A stretch of 64,000 nucleotides of DNA, from positions 448,001 through 512,000 of the forward strand of contig CBDCXV010000010.1 of NCBI GenBank assembly GCA_965223905.1, given 5' to 3'. Shown here in pieces: positions 1-10,333 of the stretch. This DNA comes from Candidatus Latescibacterota bacterium. GTDB taxonomy: Bacteria; Latescibacterota; UBA2968; UBA8231. The translations under genes and the position numbers were made by a program. Numbering within the stretch: the stretch's first letter is position 1; each line of letters starts with the position of its first letter. The notes under the pieces are model-generated. The model was given only the letters and a program-made list of their open reading frames with translations, was not told where the DNA came from and did not search any database.

Positions 1-968
1 TCAAGGATCTCGCCATGAGCGTGATGATGGGTGTGTACGACGAAGACACCGTTTGTTCCCTTGCCGGCCGCCTCGCCCGACTCAATCGACAACTCGACCA
101 CGCTGAGCAGGAACGTATCCAAGAAAAGGCTGGCGGTATCGAACTCACCAACATCGTCGGCAATCTGCTGAAGGCCATCGACCCAGACCAAATCGAAGCG
201 AAAGCCCGCGAGACCGAGCGTGTGCCCGACGAGGCCGAGCCGTCACCGGCCGCACGCGAAAAGGCTCGGGAGCAGCTAGTCCGTGACGCCGCCAACGTGT
301 TCAACGGCGAGCTGATCGAGATGATCGACTCGATTCGTCGCGACAAGGAACAGACCATCGACCATGACAGCCTGGATACCGTGGAGCGCGCCGAATGGGA
401 AGGCGACGCGAACGAGAATGCCGAAGCCATGGCACAGGAGTTCCGCCAGTATTTGGAAGCGAATCGAGACAAGATCGAAGCCCTGACCATCTTCTATGAC
501 CAGCCGCACAGGCGCAGAGAACTGACCTACGAGATGATCCGGGAGGTTTGCAACAAGCTCAAAAGCGACCAGCCTCGACTGGCCCCTTTGCGGGTCTGGC
601 AGGCATACTCCTTGCTGGATGAGTACAAGGGCCGCCAACTGGCCAGTGAGCTAACCGCGCTCGTGGCCTTGATCCGCCGCGTCTGCGGTATCGACGCGAC
701 GCTGTCTCCCTATTCGGAAACCGTGCGCCGCAATTTTCAGAATTGGATTATGGCACACCACAGCGGCAGCGGAGAGAAGTTCAACGAGGAGCAGATGGAC
801 TGGCTGCGCATGATCCGTGAGCACATCATCACCTCGTTTCATCTGGAACGCGACGATCTGGACATGGCTCCGTTCGATGGCAAAGGTGGGCTGGGGCAGA
901 TGTACAAGCTCTTCGGCGACTGGATGGATGAGGTGATTGACCAGTTGAATGAGGCATTGGCTGCATGA
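1..968 (+). CDS. hsdR: Type I restriction enzyme R subunit, C-terminal part (EcoEI_R_C-like); gene starts before the window
   Basis: C-terminus FNEEQMDWLRMIREHI...PFDGKGGLGQMYKLFG is typical of HsdR; stop overlaps the hsdS start (ATGA). Confidence 0.85.
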   Translation, partial: KDLAMSVMMGVYDEDTVCSLAGRLARLNRQLDHAEQERIQEKAGGIELTNIVGNLLKAIDPDQIEAKARETERVPDEAEPSPAAREKAREQLVRDAANVFNGELIEMIDSIRRDKEQTIDHDSLDTVERAEWEGDANENAEAMAQEFRQYLEANRDKIEALTIFYDQPHRRRELTYEMIREVCNKLKSDQPRLAPLRVWQAYSLLDEYKGRQLASELTALVALIRRVCGIDATLSPYSETVRRNFQNWIMAHHSGSGEKFNEEQMDWLRMIREHIITSFHLERDDLDMAPFDGKGGLGQMYKLFGDWMDEVIDQLNEALAA

Positions 969-2548
969 GCCGTGAGCCAGAATCGCGATGGGCACTACCT
1001 AATAGCTGGGTGTGGACCAAGCTATCAGCACTCGGCGACATCGTCGCAGGTGGAACGCCGTCAACCAAAGAACCGACATATTGGAAAGATGAGGTCAATT
1101 GGATTTCACCAGCCGACTTGACTGGGTACTCGGCAAAGACCATCGAGAGAGGGACAAAGAGCATTTCCAAGATCGGCCTCGCGAATAGCTCGGCGAGGGT
1201 GATACCAGCCGGTAGCGTACACTTTTCCTCACGCGCACCAATTGGCTACGTCGTCATTAGCTCGGAGCCGCTAGCCACAAATCAAGGTTTCAAAAGCCTC
1301 GTTCCCGCGCCTAGTATTTTCAACGAGTACGTCTACTACTACTTGATGGCGTCACGAGACTACGCGCGCAAACGTGCGAGTGGTACGACGTTCTTAGAGC
1401 TATCTGGTAGAGCCTTCGGCGACCTTCCGATACCTCTCGCTCCAACAGCCATGCAACACAAGATTGTCGCCAAGATCGAGGAACTTTTCTCCGAACTGGA
1501 CAAGGGCGTCGAGAGCCTGAAGACGGCACGCGCACAGCTCAACGTCTATCGCCAAGCCGTGCTCAAGCACGCCTTCGAAGGCAAGCTCACAGCCAAATGG
1601 CGCGAAGAGAACAAAGACAAGCTTGAGACGCCCGAACAATTACTCGCTCGCATCAAACAGGAGCGGGAGGCACGTTACGAACAGCAACTTCAGGAGTGGA
1701 AGGCCGCCGTCAAGAAATGGGAGGAAGGCGGTAAGTCAGGCAAGAGGCCGGCGCGGTCAAGAATGCCCAAGCCAGTTTCAATGATGGCAGAAGAGGAGAT
1801 TACCCACCTAGAATCACTGCCGAGTGGTTGGCTATGGTTGACCGCCGAGTCTGTAGGAATCGTCCAACTTGGTCGACAACGTTCTCCAAAGAACAGGTCT
1901 AAGGATTACCCCACGAAGTACATCCGAGCTGCGAACATTACAGAACAGGGTTTGGATTTGGACGACGTTCTCGACATGGACTTCCTTCCTCACGAACTAA
2001 GCGCATATCGTCTGGGAAAGGGTGATTTGGTGCTGTCTGAAGCATCCGGCAGCGCAGCGCAAGTCGGAAAGCCAGCGATTTGGGACGATCAGATTCCGAA
2101 TTGCTGCTTTCAAAACACCGTTATCAGACATCAACCATATTGTCGTGACTATGCGGTTTATCTGCTTTGGTTGTATCGCTTCTTCTATGTGAGCGGGAAA
2201 TTTGCTCAAGTTGCAGGCGGCGTGGGAATCAACCACTTAAGTGCATTCAAGTTTGCTCAGATCGCGCTCCCTCTCTGCTCTCTGGCCGAACAGCATGAAA
2301 TTGTCCGACTGTTGGAGGAGCGATTCGCGGCGATCGAGCAGCAGGAGCGAGAGATCGATTCGGCCTTGAATCAGGCGGAGATGCTGCGCCAATCCATCCT
2401 GAAGAACGCCTTCTCCGGCCAACTCGTCCCGCAAGACCCGGATGACGAGCCTGCATCCATCCTTCTTGAGCGCATCAAAGCCGAAAAAGCTGCACGATTT
2501 CAAAACAACACGCGGGCAAAACGCAGAAGCATAACGGCAACAGCATGA
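965..2548 (+). CDS. hsdS: Type I R-M specificity subunit
   Basis: LPNSWVWTKL and LPSGWLW repeats, two TRDs, conserved IVAKIEELFSELD and LRQSILKNAFSGQLVPQDP segments. Confidence 0.95.
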   Translation: MSREPESRWALPNSWVWTKLSALGDIVAGGTPSTKEPTYWKDEVNWISPADLTGYSAKTIERGTKSISKIGLANSSARVIPAGSVHFSSRAPIGYVVISSEPLATNQGFKSLVPAPSIFNEYVYYYLMASRDYARKRASGTTFLELSGRAFGDLPIPLAPTAMQHKIVAKIEELFSELDKGVESLKTARAQLNVYRQAVLKHAFEGKLTAKWREENKDKLETPEQLLARIKQEREARYEQQLQEWKAAVKKWEEGGKSGKRPARSRMPKPVSMMAEEEITHLESLPSGWLWLTAESVGIVQLGRQRSPKNRSKDYPTKYIRAANITEQGLDLDDVLDMDFLPHELSAYRLGKGDLVLSEASGSAAQVGKPAIWDDQIPNCCFQNTVIRHQPYCRDYAVYLLWLYRFFYVSGKFAQVAGGVGINHLSAFKFAQIALPLCSLAEQHEIVRLLEERFAAIEQQEREIDSALNQAEMLRQSILKNAFSGQLVPQDPDDEPASILLERIKAEKAARFQNNTRAKRRSITATA

Positions 2549-3995
2549 CCGGCAAACTTCCCATCAACATCGACCACCTGCTGCGCCAGCGCCCCATCGA
2601 AGGCGAACGCATCGAGTACAAAGCTGGTTGGAATCCGCAGAGCGTGCTGCGCGCCATCTGCGCCTTCGCCAACGACTTCCACAATCTGGGCGGCGGTTAC
2701 GTGGTCTTGGGCGTCGAGGAACAAAATGGCCGCCCAATTTTGCCGCCCAAGGGCATCAGGCCCGATGCCATCGATGCGATACAGAAGGAACTACTCAATC
2801 TGGGGCATGCCGCCATACAGCCGCATTACCATCCCCTCACCGCTACCTATAACGTCGATGGCCAGACCATCCTCGTCCTCTGGGTGCCCGGCGGCGAAAC
2901 CCGTCCCTACAAAGCCAAAGTGAATCTGAGTGCGGAGCGCAACGATTGGGCTTACTTCATTCGCAGACACAGCAGCACGGTTCGCGCCAAGGGTCAGGAC
3001 GAGCGTGAGCTGCTCAGTCTGGCGGCCACAGTACCTTTTGACGACCGCTATCGCCAGACTGCTTCGCTTGATGACCTGTCCCATCGGCTGATCCGTGAGT
3101 TTCTCGGGGAAATCGGCAGCGAACTGGCATCGGAAGCAGAGGGCCTATCTGTTGAGGACTTGGGCAAGCGCCTGAATATCGTCGGCGGCCCGCCCGAGGC
3201 GATGTTTCCGAAGAACGTCGGTCTGCTGTTCTTCAATGAGCGGCCGGACAGGTTTTTTCCGGCCACCCAGATCGATGTCGTGTGGTTTCCCGATGGGCCG
3301 GGCGGCGATCAGTTCGAGGAGAAGGAGTTCCGCGGGCCGTTGTCCATCATTCTCAGCGAGGCGATCAGTTACATTGAGCGGAACTACCTGAAGGAAACCG
3401 TCGTCAAGTATCCCCACAAGCCGGAGGCCGAGCGATTCTGGAATTTTCCGATTGGTGCCATCGAAGAGGCGCTGGTGAACGCCATCTACCATCGCTCATA
3501 CGAGGAGCGGGAGCCGGTTGAAGTTCGGATCACCCGCGAAGAGTTGCTGGTCTTGAGTTATCCCGGTGCGGACCGCTCCATCCGTATGGATGACTTCAAG
3601 AAGGGGCAGGCCGTGAGCAGGCGCTACCGGTGCATGAACGGGCCTCGCTTGCGGCGACCGAACATGAGACCGAACAAGATAAGTCATTGAAAAATAAGAA
3701 GAAAAGTCAGGACACCCCACAAGACACCGTACATGAGACCATACATGTCACAGAACATGTTGAACGCCTGATCTCGATCCTCACGGGGGAAATGAACCGT
3801 CCTCAGCTACAGGACATCCTGGGCATAAGTAACCGGCCTCACTTCGTGCAAGCATACCTTGGCCCCGCCCTCAAGGCCGGTCTGATTGAAATGACCCTCC
3901 CGGACAAACCGCAAAGTCGCCACCAGCGCTATCGCCGAACTGCCGGCGGCGAGGCTTTGGCTGTGCGACTCAAAACAAGCGATGCCCCCACATGA
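2545..3995 (+). pseudogene. Schlafen/AlbA_2 + HATPase_c_4 + C-terminal HTH protein, split into ORFs 2545-3690 and 3630-3995
   Basis: EGERIEYK...ICAFAN...GGYVVLGV (AlbA_2); EALVNAIYHRSY (HATPase_c_4); LIEMTLPDKPQSRHQRY tail lies in another frame; frame breaks after RRYR near 3630. Confidence 0.75.
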
Positions 3996-5485
3996 ACACC
4001 GCTCCCATCGTCTCCAAAGTCTGGAGCTTCTGCACCACCCTGCGCGATGACGGGGTGAGCTATGGCGATTACTTAGAGCAGCTCACCTATCTGATCTTCC
4101 TCAAGATGGCCGACGAGTACGCCAAACCGCCGTACAACCGCGACGTTGGCATCCCAGCCGAATTCAACTGGCAGAGCCTGAAATCGAAGAACGGTGCGGA
4201 ACTCGAAAACCACTACGTAGCCTTGCTTCGCGCGCTTGGTACCAAGACGGACATGCTGGGCCAGATCTTTACCAAGGCCCAGAACAAAATCCAAGACCCG
4301 GCGAAACTGTATCGCCTCATCGACATGGTGGACGACACCGAATGGGTGACCATGGGTGCCGACGTAAAAGGAGATATTTACGAAGGACTTCTTGAGAAGA
4401 ACGCCGAAGACACCAAGTCAGGTGCCGGCCAGTATTTCACGCCGCGCGCCCTCATCCGCGCCATGGTCGAATGCGTCCGGCCCGAACCTGGCACCCTCAT
4501 CGCCGACCCAGCCTGCGGTACAGGCGGTTTCTTCCTCGCCGCCTACGACTTCATCACCAATCCAGACAACTTCAACCTGGACAGGAATCAGAAGGCATTC
4601 CTGAAGTACGAGGCGTTTCACGGCAACGAGATCGTCGCCAATACACGCCGTCTGTGCCTGATGAACATGTTCCTGCACAACATCGGCGAGATCGACGGTG
4701 GCGTGTCCATATCGCCAAACGATTCGCTCGTAGCCGATAGCAGAGAGCGCTTTGATTACGTCCTCGCAAATCCGCCCTTCGGCAAGAAAAGCTCAATGAG
4801 CTTCACGAACGAGGAAGGAGAACAGGAGAAAGACGACCTCACCTACAACCGGCAGGACTTCTGGGCGACGACCTCGAACAAACAACTCAATTTCGTGCAG
4901 CACATCCGCACAATGCTCAAGACCACTGGCCGCGCTGCCGTCGTCGTTCCCGACAACGTGCTGTTTGAAGGCGGTGCCGGTGAGACGATCCGCAAGAAGC
5001 TGCTGGACACCACCGACCTGCACACCATCCTGCGCTTGCCGACCGGCGTGTTCTACGCGCAAGGCGTCAAGGCCAATGTAATCTTCTTCGACAACCACGA
5101 AGCCAGCCCGAACCCCTGGACGAAGCAGGTCTGGTACTACGACTACCGCACCAATATTCACCATACGCTGAAGAAGAGCCCAATGCGCTTCGAGGATCTG
5201 TCGGATTTCGTCAACTGCTATAACCCACAGAACCGGCATCAGCGCAAGGCGACTTGGGACGAAAACGACGCACCGGAAGGACGTTGGCGCAGCTTCAGCT
5301 ACGAGGAAATCAGCGCACGCGACAAGACCAGTCTCGACATCTTCTGGCTCAAGGACAAAAACCTGACGGACCTGGACAACCTGCCCGAACCCGACGACCT
5401 CGCCGAAGAGATCATCGAGAACCTGGAGGCAGGTCTCAATAGTTTCCGCGAGGTGCTCGCAGGTTTGCGGATGTCAGATTCTTGA
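3992..5485 (+). CDS. hsdM: Type I R-M N6-adenine methyltransferase subunit
   Basis: GQYFTPR, DPACGTGGF (motif I), NPPF (motif IV). Confidence 0.97.
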   Translation: MNTAPIVSKVWSFCTTLRDDGVSYGDYLEQLTYLIFLKMADEYAKPPYNRDVGIPAEFNWQSLKSKNGAELENHYVALLRALGTKTDMLGQIFTKAQNKIQDPAKLYRLIDMVDDTEWVTMGADVKGDIYEGLLEKNAEDTKSGAGQYFTPRALIRAMVECVRPEPGTLIADPACGTGGFFLAAYDFITNPDNFNLDRNQKAFLKYEAFHGNEIVANTRRLCLMNMFLHNIGEIDGGVSISPNDSLVADSRERFDYVLANPPFGKKSSMSFTNEEGEQEKDDLTYNRQDFWATTSNKQLNFVQHIRTMLKTTGRAAVVVPDNVLFEGGAGETIRKKLLDTTDLHTILRLPTGVFYAQGVKANVIFFDNHEASPNPWTKQVWYYDYRTNIHHTLKKSPMRFEDLSDFVNCYNPQNRHQRKATWDENDAPEGRWRSFSYEEISARDKTSLDIFWLKDKNLTDLDNLPEPDDLAEEIIENLEAGLNSFREVLAGLRMSDS

Positions 5486-5754
5486 ATGAGCTAGGTAGGG
5501 CTCCCGTGAATCACCGCTTTTCTGTCCAGATAAGGTCTCCCCGGACCGAGTGGTCCCCGAATCTCAACAGTCAGGAGGGCAACCGTAGTGGCGAAGAGCA
5601 ACGGGAAGAAGAAGATCGAACCGTCAGAGGTCTGGAAGGTAGTAGGAGACGAGAAGCTTTCGTCCGGAGCTCTCCGCGTAGAGCCCACGATCAATGTCTT
5701 CTGTTGACTCGGGAACCGCGTCTCTTGTCACTTCCTGTCCAAGGAATCCTCAAT

Positions 5755-6127
5755 TTATCCAAATGGTTTTGAGCTTGCTGGGTGGTAATCATGGAGCCCA
5801 GCGTTATGCCCACCCGTAAGGCACATCAACCGAACAGTGCTGAAGGCTTCAATTTTGGTAAAATCTGCAACCCAGATCTCCATAAACCCAGTTTTATTTT
5901 TTAATTCCTCAAGTATTTCTGCTTCAAGAAATTGCTCAACAAATTCAATTGGGGCATCATACAACGCAAGGACAAGGATTGTTGAATCGGGAAGTTCCCA
6001 CCCAACAGAGGCTCTCTTCTCTTCCTTTTTGTGCACCAATTCCTGCAGTCGAATAGCGGTATCAAATGGGTTAATAAATTCATCCCCAGTGAAAATGCGC
6101 CGCCAAAACCGGGTCTGGGGGTCTGTA
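5755..6127 (-). pseudogene. C-terminal remnant of a low-GC hypothetical (possibly PD-(D/E)xK-like) protein, cut off at the IS left end
   Basis: AT-rich open frame TDPQTRFWRRIF...GFMEIWVADF...KPFG* with no start of its own. Confidence 0.55.
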
Positions 6128-6133
6128 TTATTA

Positions 6134-7511
6134 CTGGACTTTTGCAAAAGGCAGAATTCCTGGGATAATCGGTCAAGGATAGAGGGTAGCGCGAACTCGA
6201 TGGAACTTGGTATGTTTGGTAGGACGAAGGCATCCCCCGCTTTCGTTTCCCCTGGCCATGAGAGAGGTTGTTCATGCCAGGTATTGTTGATTTTCCCACG
6301 GTGGTTGAAGACGCGGTGGCAGAGTTCGGCGGCCTCTTCGCCAACGCCCCGGAGCGCCGGCATTTTGGCGAATACCTGACCGGGCTTCTGGTGACGGCGC
6401 GCAAAAACGTATCGGCGATCAACGCCGAGTTTGTCGACACCACGGACCAGTCCTGCCTGAATCGCTGGATTACGCAGGTGCGATGGGACGGGAAATGGCT
6501 CAACGAACACCGCCTGGAATGGTTGCAGGATCGTCCCTCGACGCGCTATTCGGGGCGCGGGGTGATCGCCATCGACTACCTTGGTCGGCCACAGCGGAGA
6601 CAAGATCGAGGACGTGGGTTGGTTTTGGGATCACTCCGACCAGCGCTATATGATTGCCCACGACTACGTCATCGCCAACTACGTGTGCACCTCGGGGAAA
6701 TACTATCCGTTGGAATTCCGTCGCTTTCGCAAGCGCCAGGAAGGGGAGACGGACACCTCCTTCAAGAGCCATACCGAGCTGTTCAAAGAGCTCGTGGACG
6801 GGGTCGTGTTCCGCCAGATCCCGGGCGATTTCGCCTTCGACTGCTACTTCAGCAGTGTCGAGTGTCTCGATCACATCCATAGTCATGAGCGCGGCTACGT
6901 AGGGGCCCTGAAGAGCAACCGCAAGGTCGAGTTCAAGGGCGGCCTGATGAAGGCCACGGAAGTGGCTGCGAATATCCCGCCCGAGGATCGCAAACAGGTC
7001 AGCATCGGCAAGCGCAAACAATGGTATTTCACCAAAACCCTGAGTCTGCCCAAGCTCAAGCACCGGGTTCGCCTGGTGATCCTGTGGGATCGCAAGAACG
7101 GCAGGGAAGCGGTCAAGTTTCTACTGACCAATCGCGTGCACTGGGAGATCAGTCGTATTCTGAATGTTTATCGCAAACGCTGGACGGGCACCGAGACTTT
7201 TCATCGGGACGGCAAGCACCATCTGGGCATGGGAGACTGTCAGTTACGCAGCGGCGAGGGCCAGACTCGGCATATGTACCTCGTGATGCTGACGCACAGT
7301 CTGCTCATGGCACGGATGCGGCAGGGCCGTGCGCGTGACTGGGCTCATACCGTGCTGACGACCATTGGCGAGGCCTGTCGAGCCGTGTCGCGAGAAACGC
7401 TCAGTAAAACCATCACCTGGGTAGTGGACCAAGCCACAATAGGGTGGACGCAGGAGAGAATCGTCGCACACCTAAAACTTGTGTAAAAAAGCGGAGTTTG
7501 CAAAAGTCCAG
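6134..7511 (+). mobile_element. IS701-like insertion sequence, 1378 bp
   Basis: 15-bp perfect terminal inverted repeats CTGGACTTTTGCAAA (6134-6148 and 7497-7511); TTATTA direct repeat on both sides (6128-6133, 7512-7517). Confidence 0.9.
6274..7486 (+). pseudogene. IS701-family DDE transposase, frameshifted near 6576
   Basis: RHFGEYLTGLL...GVIAID then frame shift to TLVGHSG...AFDCYF...YRKRWTGTETFHRDGKHHLGMGDCQLR. Confidence 0.8.
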
Positions 7512-7622
7512 TTATTACGTAACGGGGAAAAAGCTGTTTTGCCTTGCCTGTGGGGAACGCCCGGATTTCATTGTGGGTGACGAGAAGGGAAGTCGCTATG
7601 GGCTTGAATTGACTCTAGTTAT
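7512..7622 (+). pseudogene. Internal fragment YYVTGKKL...GERPDFIVG...GLELTLVI, probably from the same gene as 5755-6127
   Basis: E-x-PDF...G-x-E-x-T motif; joins in frame to the minus-strand remnant if re-inverted. Confidence 0.45.
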
Positions 7623-7758
7623 TAGGCTGCCCGGTCAGTCAACAACCCTTCGAAGGCTTTCCTGCAACAACTCCCCAGCCAGCCGGGCCACCGGATCGAA
7701 CCACCCCAAAGTCACCACCTGTCCCGGAGCGTCCCGTCAAACCACATAGCCAAATGCG

Positions 7759-7854
7759 AGGGAGTGGGCGGTCGTGCATCGAGACGATCTGCTGGAGAAC
7801 TGGGACCTATGCCGTCAACTGAAGCCGCCGCAACCGATCCCACCGCTGGAGTAG
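7759..7854 (+). pseudogene. 3' remnant of a DUF4160-family protein
   Basis: REWAVVHRDDLLENWDLCRQLKPPQPIPPLE* matches the typical DUF4160 C-terminus; 5' part absent; overlaps the DUF2442 gene. Confidence 0.65.
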
Positions 7855-8144
7855 TTCCCCCGCCTCGACCCTCCGCGCCCTGGCGGGTGCAAAGCGTCAA
7901 GGCGCTGCCTGGACTGCGGTTGCAGGTCCGCTTTGCGGACGGCACATCGGGCCAGGTGGACATGAAGAGATTCCTCGGGAGCCCGGACATTCGTGGCACT
8001 GTCTTCGAGCCGCTCGTAGACGAGAGCTTGTTCGGCCAGGTCCGGGTTGACCTGGGAGCCGTCGTCTGGCCAACGGGGGCTGACCTGTCCCCCGATGCCA
8101 TGTACGACGCCATCCGTGCTTCAGGAGAGTGGGTCCTCGAGTAG
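7809..8144 (+). CDS. DUF2442-family protein (partner of DUF4160, TA-like)
   Basis: VQSVKALPGLRLQVRFADG...VFEPLVD..LFGQV...VVWPTGADLSPDAMY. Confidence 0.8.
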   Translation: MPSTEAAATDPTAGVVPPPRPSAPWRVQSVKALPGLRLQVRFADGTSGQVDMKRFLGSPDIRGTVFEPLVDESLFGQVRVDLGAVVWPTGADLSPDAMYDAIRASGEWVLE

Positions 8145-8239
8145 TTCGGGATCCCTCGCCAACGCCAGCCCACCAAGCCGGCACCCCCCACCCGGGGCGC
8201 GGGGGTTCCAGGTGAATCCCGCCGCCCTCGTTCGCCTGC

Positions 8240-9274
8240 TTACCCGCGCGGGCACTCCTCCTCCGGCACTTCCACGATCTCCCACAGCCACTGCTTGAAC
8301 ACTCCGGGGTCCCCCCAGGCGCCGTCGTCCAGGCGGTTGCTGAAGGCGAGCTTCGGGGGCCCGGGCTCGAACGGCGTCCACAGCGGGCACATGTCCGCGG
8401 CCCCGTGCTGGGGCCGGTCGCTCGTCGTCGCCAGCACCTCGTCGTTGACCAGCTCCCAGTGCAGGGGGTCCTTCCCGCGGAAGTGCCCGTAGCGCCGCGG
8501 TTTGGCGTCCCCGGGAAGGCTGTACTGGAGCGCGAACATCTGCCACTCGCCGCCGGTGCGAAACACGCGGGGGGACTCCACCCCGCGGTCGGTGCGCAGT
8601 ATCGGCTCGGGGTGAATGCGGTAGGGGCCCTCCGGCCGGTCGACGGATGTGCGGGCGACGCCGAAGACGCGGTTGGCGTGGGTCTGGCCCGGGCCCATCC
8701 CCTTGAAGAACAGCAGCACCTCCTCCCCGGTCACCACGGCGTTGGGGTCGTCGTGCCGTATCGAACGCCATTCGGCGTCGTAGTCGGTCACCGGTCCCCT
8801 CTTCTCGAACGGCCCCGCCGGAGCCCCCGTTTCGTCCGCCGGCGCCACGGCCAGGTGAATGAGGCCGGGCAGGTCCTCCCGGTTGGTGGTGCGCGCGAAC
8901 GGCCCGGCCGGGTTCGCCGGCCCCTTGCCGGCGTAGAACAGCAGCACCTTGTCTCCCGCCACAGCCACCCCTGGACTGGCGACTCCGACGCAGTCGCCGT
9001 CCGAGCGCGCCACGTCCCCCCGCCAGCGGCCCCGGGTGAGGGCGAAGCCGTGATCCTGCCAGCTCTGGAAGTCGGTGGTCGTGAGGTAGCGGGGCTCCGC
9101 TTCCCATGAATCGAGGGGATCGTCGAAAGCCGTCTCCCTGCGCGGGTCGTAGGCGTCGGTGAACAGGTGGACGGTACCGGCGCGGTCCCGGTAGGCCGCC
9201 ACCATGCGGGTGCACAGCGGGGCGAGGCTGAGAACGGGGCGGTCCCGCGCGGGCACGAAGCGATAGCTGTTCAT
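8240..9274 (-). CDS. Five-bladed beta-propeller glycoside hydrolase-like protein (GH43/GH32 clan)
   Basis: ASPGVAV, HDDPNAVV, GPYRIHPEPIL, VESPRVF blade motifs; ATG at 9274 with AAGGA RBS. Confidence 0.6.
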   Translation of the reverse strand: MNSYRFVPARDRPVLSLAPLCTRMVAAYRDRAGTVHLFTDAYDPRRETAFDDPLDSWEAEPRYLTTTDFQSWQDHGFALTRGRWRGDVARSDGDCVGVASPGVAVAGDKVLLFYAGKGPANPAGPFARTTNREDLPGLIHLAVAPADETGAPAGPFEKRGPVTDYDAEWRSIRHDDPNAVVTGEEVLLFFKGMGPGQTHANRVFGVARTSVDRPEGPYRIHPEPILRTDRGVESPRVFRTGGEWQMFALQYSLPGDAKPRRYGHFRGKDPLHWELVNDEVLATTSDRPQHGAADMCPLWTPFEPGPPKLAFSNRLDDGAWGDPGVFKQWLWEIVEVPEEECPRG

Positions 9275-9354
9275 CTCATCCTTCCTTTGAGCTGGATCTC
9301 CCTGCGGCCTCGGCAGGGTGCGGACAGGTTGGACCCGGCTTAGGTTATGCCGCC

Positions 9355-10272
9355 ATGACCGCCGGGACTCCACGCATACTGAGCATCGAAAAGATCTGGG
9401 ACCGGGCACCGCACAACGCCTTCACCGACCTGCTGCGCCACCGCGGCCGCTGGTGGTGCGCGTTTCGCGAGGCCGACGACCACGGCGCCAGCATCGGCAC
9501 CCTGCGGGTGCTGGTGTCGGACGACGGCGCCCGCTGGTCGAGCGCCGGCCACGTAAGCGAGGAGGGGATCGACCTCCGCGACCCCAAGCTCTCGGCGATG
9601 CCGGACGGCCGCATGCTGCTGGTAGCGGGCGGCTCCATCCTCGACGATGAGGGCAGGTACCTCACCCGCTCTCCGCGGGTCGTATTCTCGGACGACGGAA
9701 CCTCCTGGACCTCGCCGGTCCGCTGCCTCGCCGAAGACCACTGGCTGTGGCGGGTGACCTGGCACCGCGGCACCGGGTACTCCCTCTCCAAGCTCGGAGA
9801 GGGGAGCAATCCCCGCCGGGGCCTGCTCTACAAGACCACGGACGCCCTTGATTGGCAGTGGGTCACCGAGTTCCGCCTGCCCGGCAACGTCTGGACCACC
9901 AGCGAAACCACGCTGCGCATCATGCCGGACGAGGAGATGATCGCCCTGGTCCGGCCCGACTGGATCGGCCGCAGCCTGCCCCCGTACAGCGACTGGTCGT
10001 TCACTCGCATCGAGGCCGGGCTGGGCGGCCCCAACTTCATCCGCGTGCCGGACGGCACTCTGTGGGCGGGCTCGCGCGGCACCCACGGCGAGCACGGCAC
10101 CGTCCTCGCCCGCATGACGGCAACCCGGTACGAGACCGTTGCGCGCCTGCCCAGCGGCGGCGACTGCTCCTATCCCGGGATGGTCTGGCACGACGGCCTG
10201 CTCTGGATCAGCTACTACTCCAGCCACGAAAAGAAGACGAGCATCTACCTGGCGAAGGTCGACGTCTCCTGA
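9355..10272 (+). CDS. BNR/Asp-box sialidase-like propeller protein
   Basis: HNAFTDL, SDDGARW, SDDGTSW, GDCSYPG motifs. Confidence 0.75.
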   Translation: MTAGTPRILSIEKIWDRAPHNAFTDLLRHRGRWWCAFREADDHGASIGTLRVLVSDDGARWSSAGHVSEEGIDLRDPKLSAMPDGRMLLVAGGSILDDEGRYLTRSPRVVFSDDGTSWTSPVRCLAEDHWLWRVTWHRGTGYSLSKLGEGSNPRRGLLYKTTDALDWQWVTEFRLPGNVWTTSETTLRIMPDEEMIALVRPDWIGRSLPPYSDWSFTRIEAGLGGPNFIRVPDGTLWAGSRGTHGEHGTVLARMTATRYETVARLPSGGDCSYPGMVWHDGLLWISYYSSHEKKTSIYLAKVDVS

Positions 10273-10333
10273 TCCGGGGCGCGGGCCGGATCCGCATCCC
10301 GCAACAGCTGTTCCACCCGTTCACCGGGCCGCC

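Noticed and set aside
965-2548. hsdS shufflon
   Set aside because: Single hsdS, no silent TRD copies or adjacent invertase seen
6560-6600. Programmed frameshift in the IS transposase
   Set aside because: No slippery run at the junction; it looks like a small deletion in the first catalytic Asp region
5755-6603. 282-aa minus-strand ORF as one gene
   Set aside because: Chimeric: its 5' half is antisense IS sequence that reads through the IS left end
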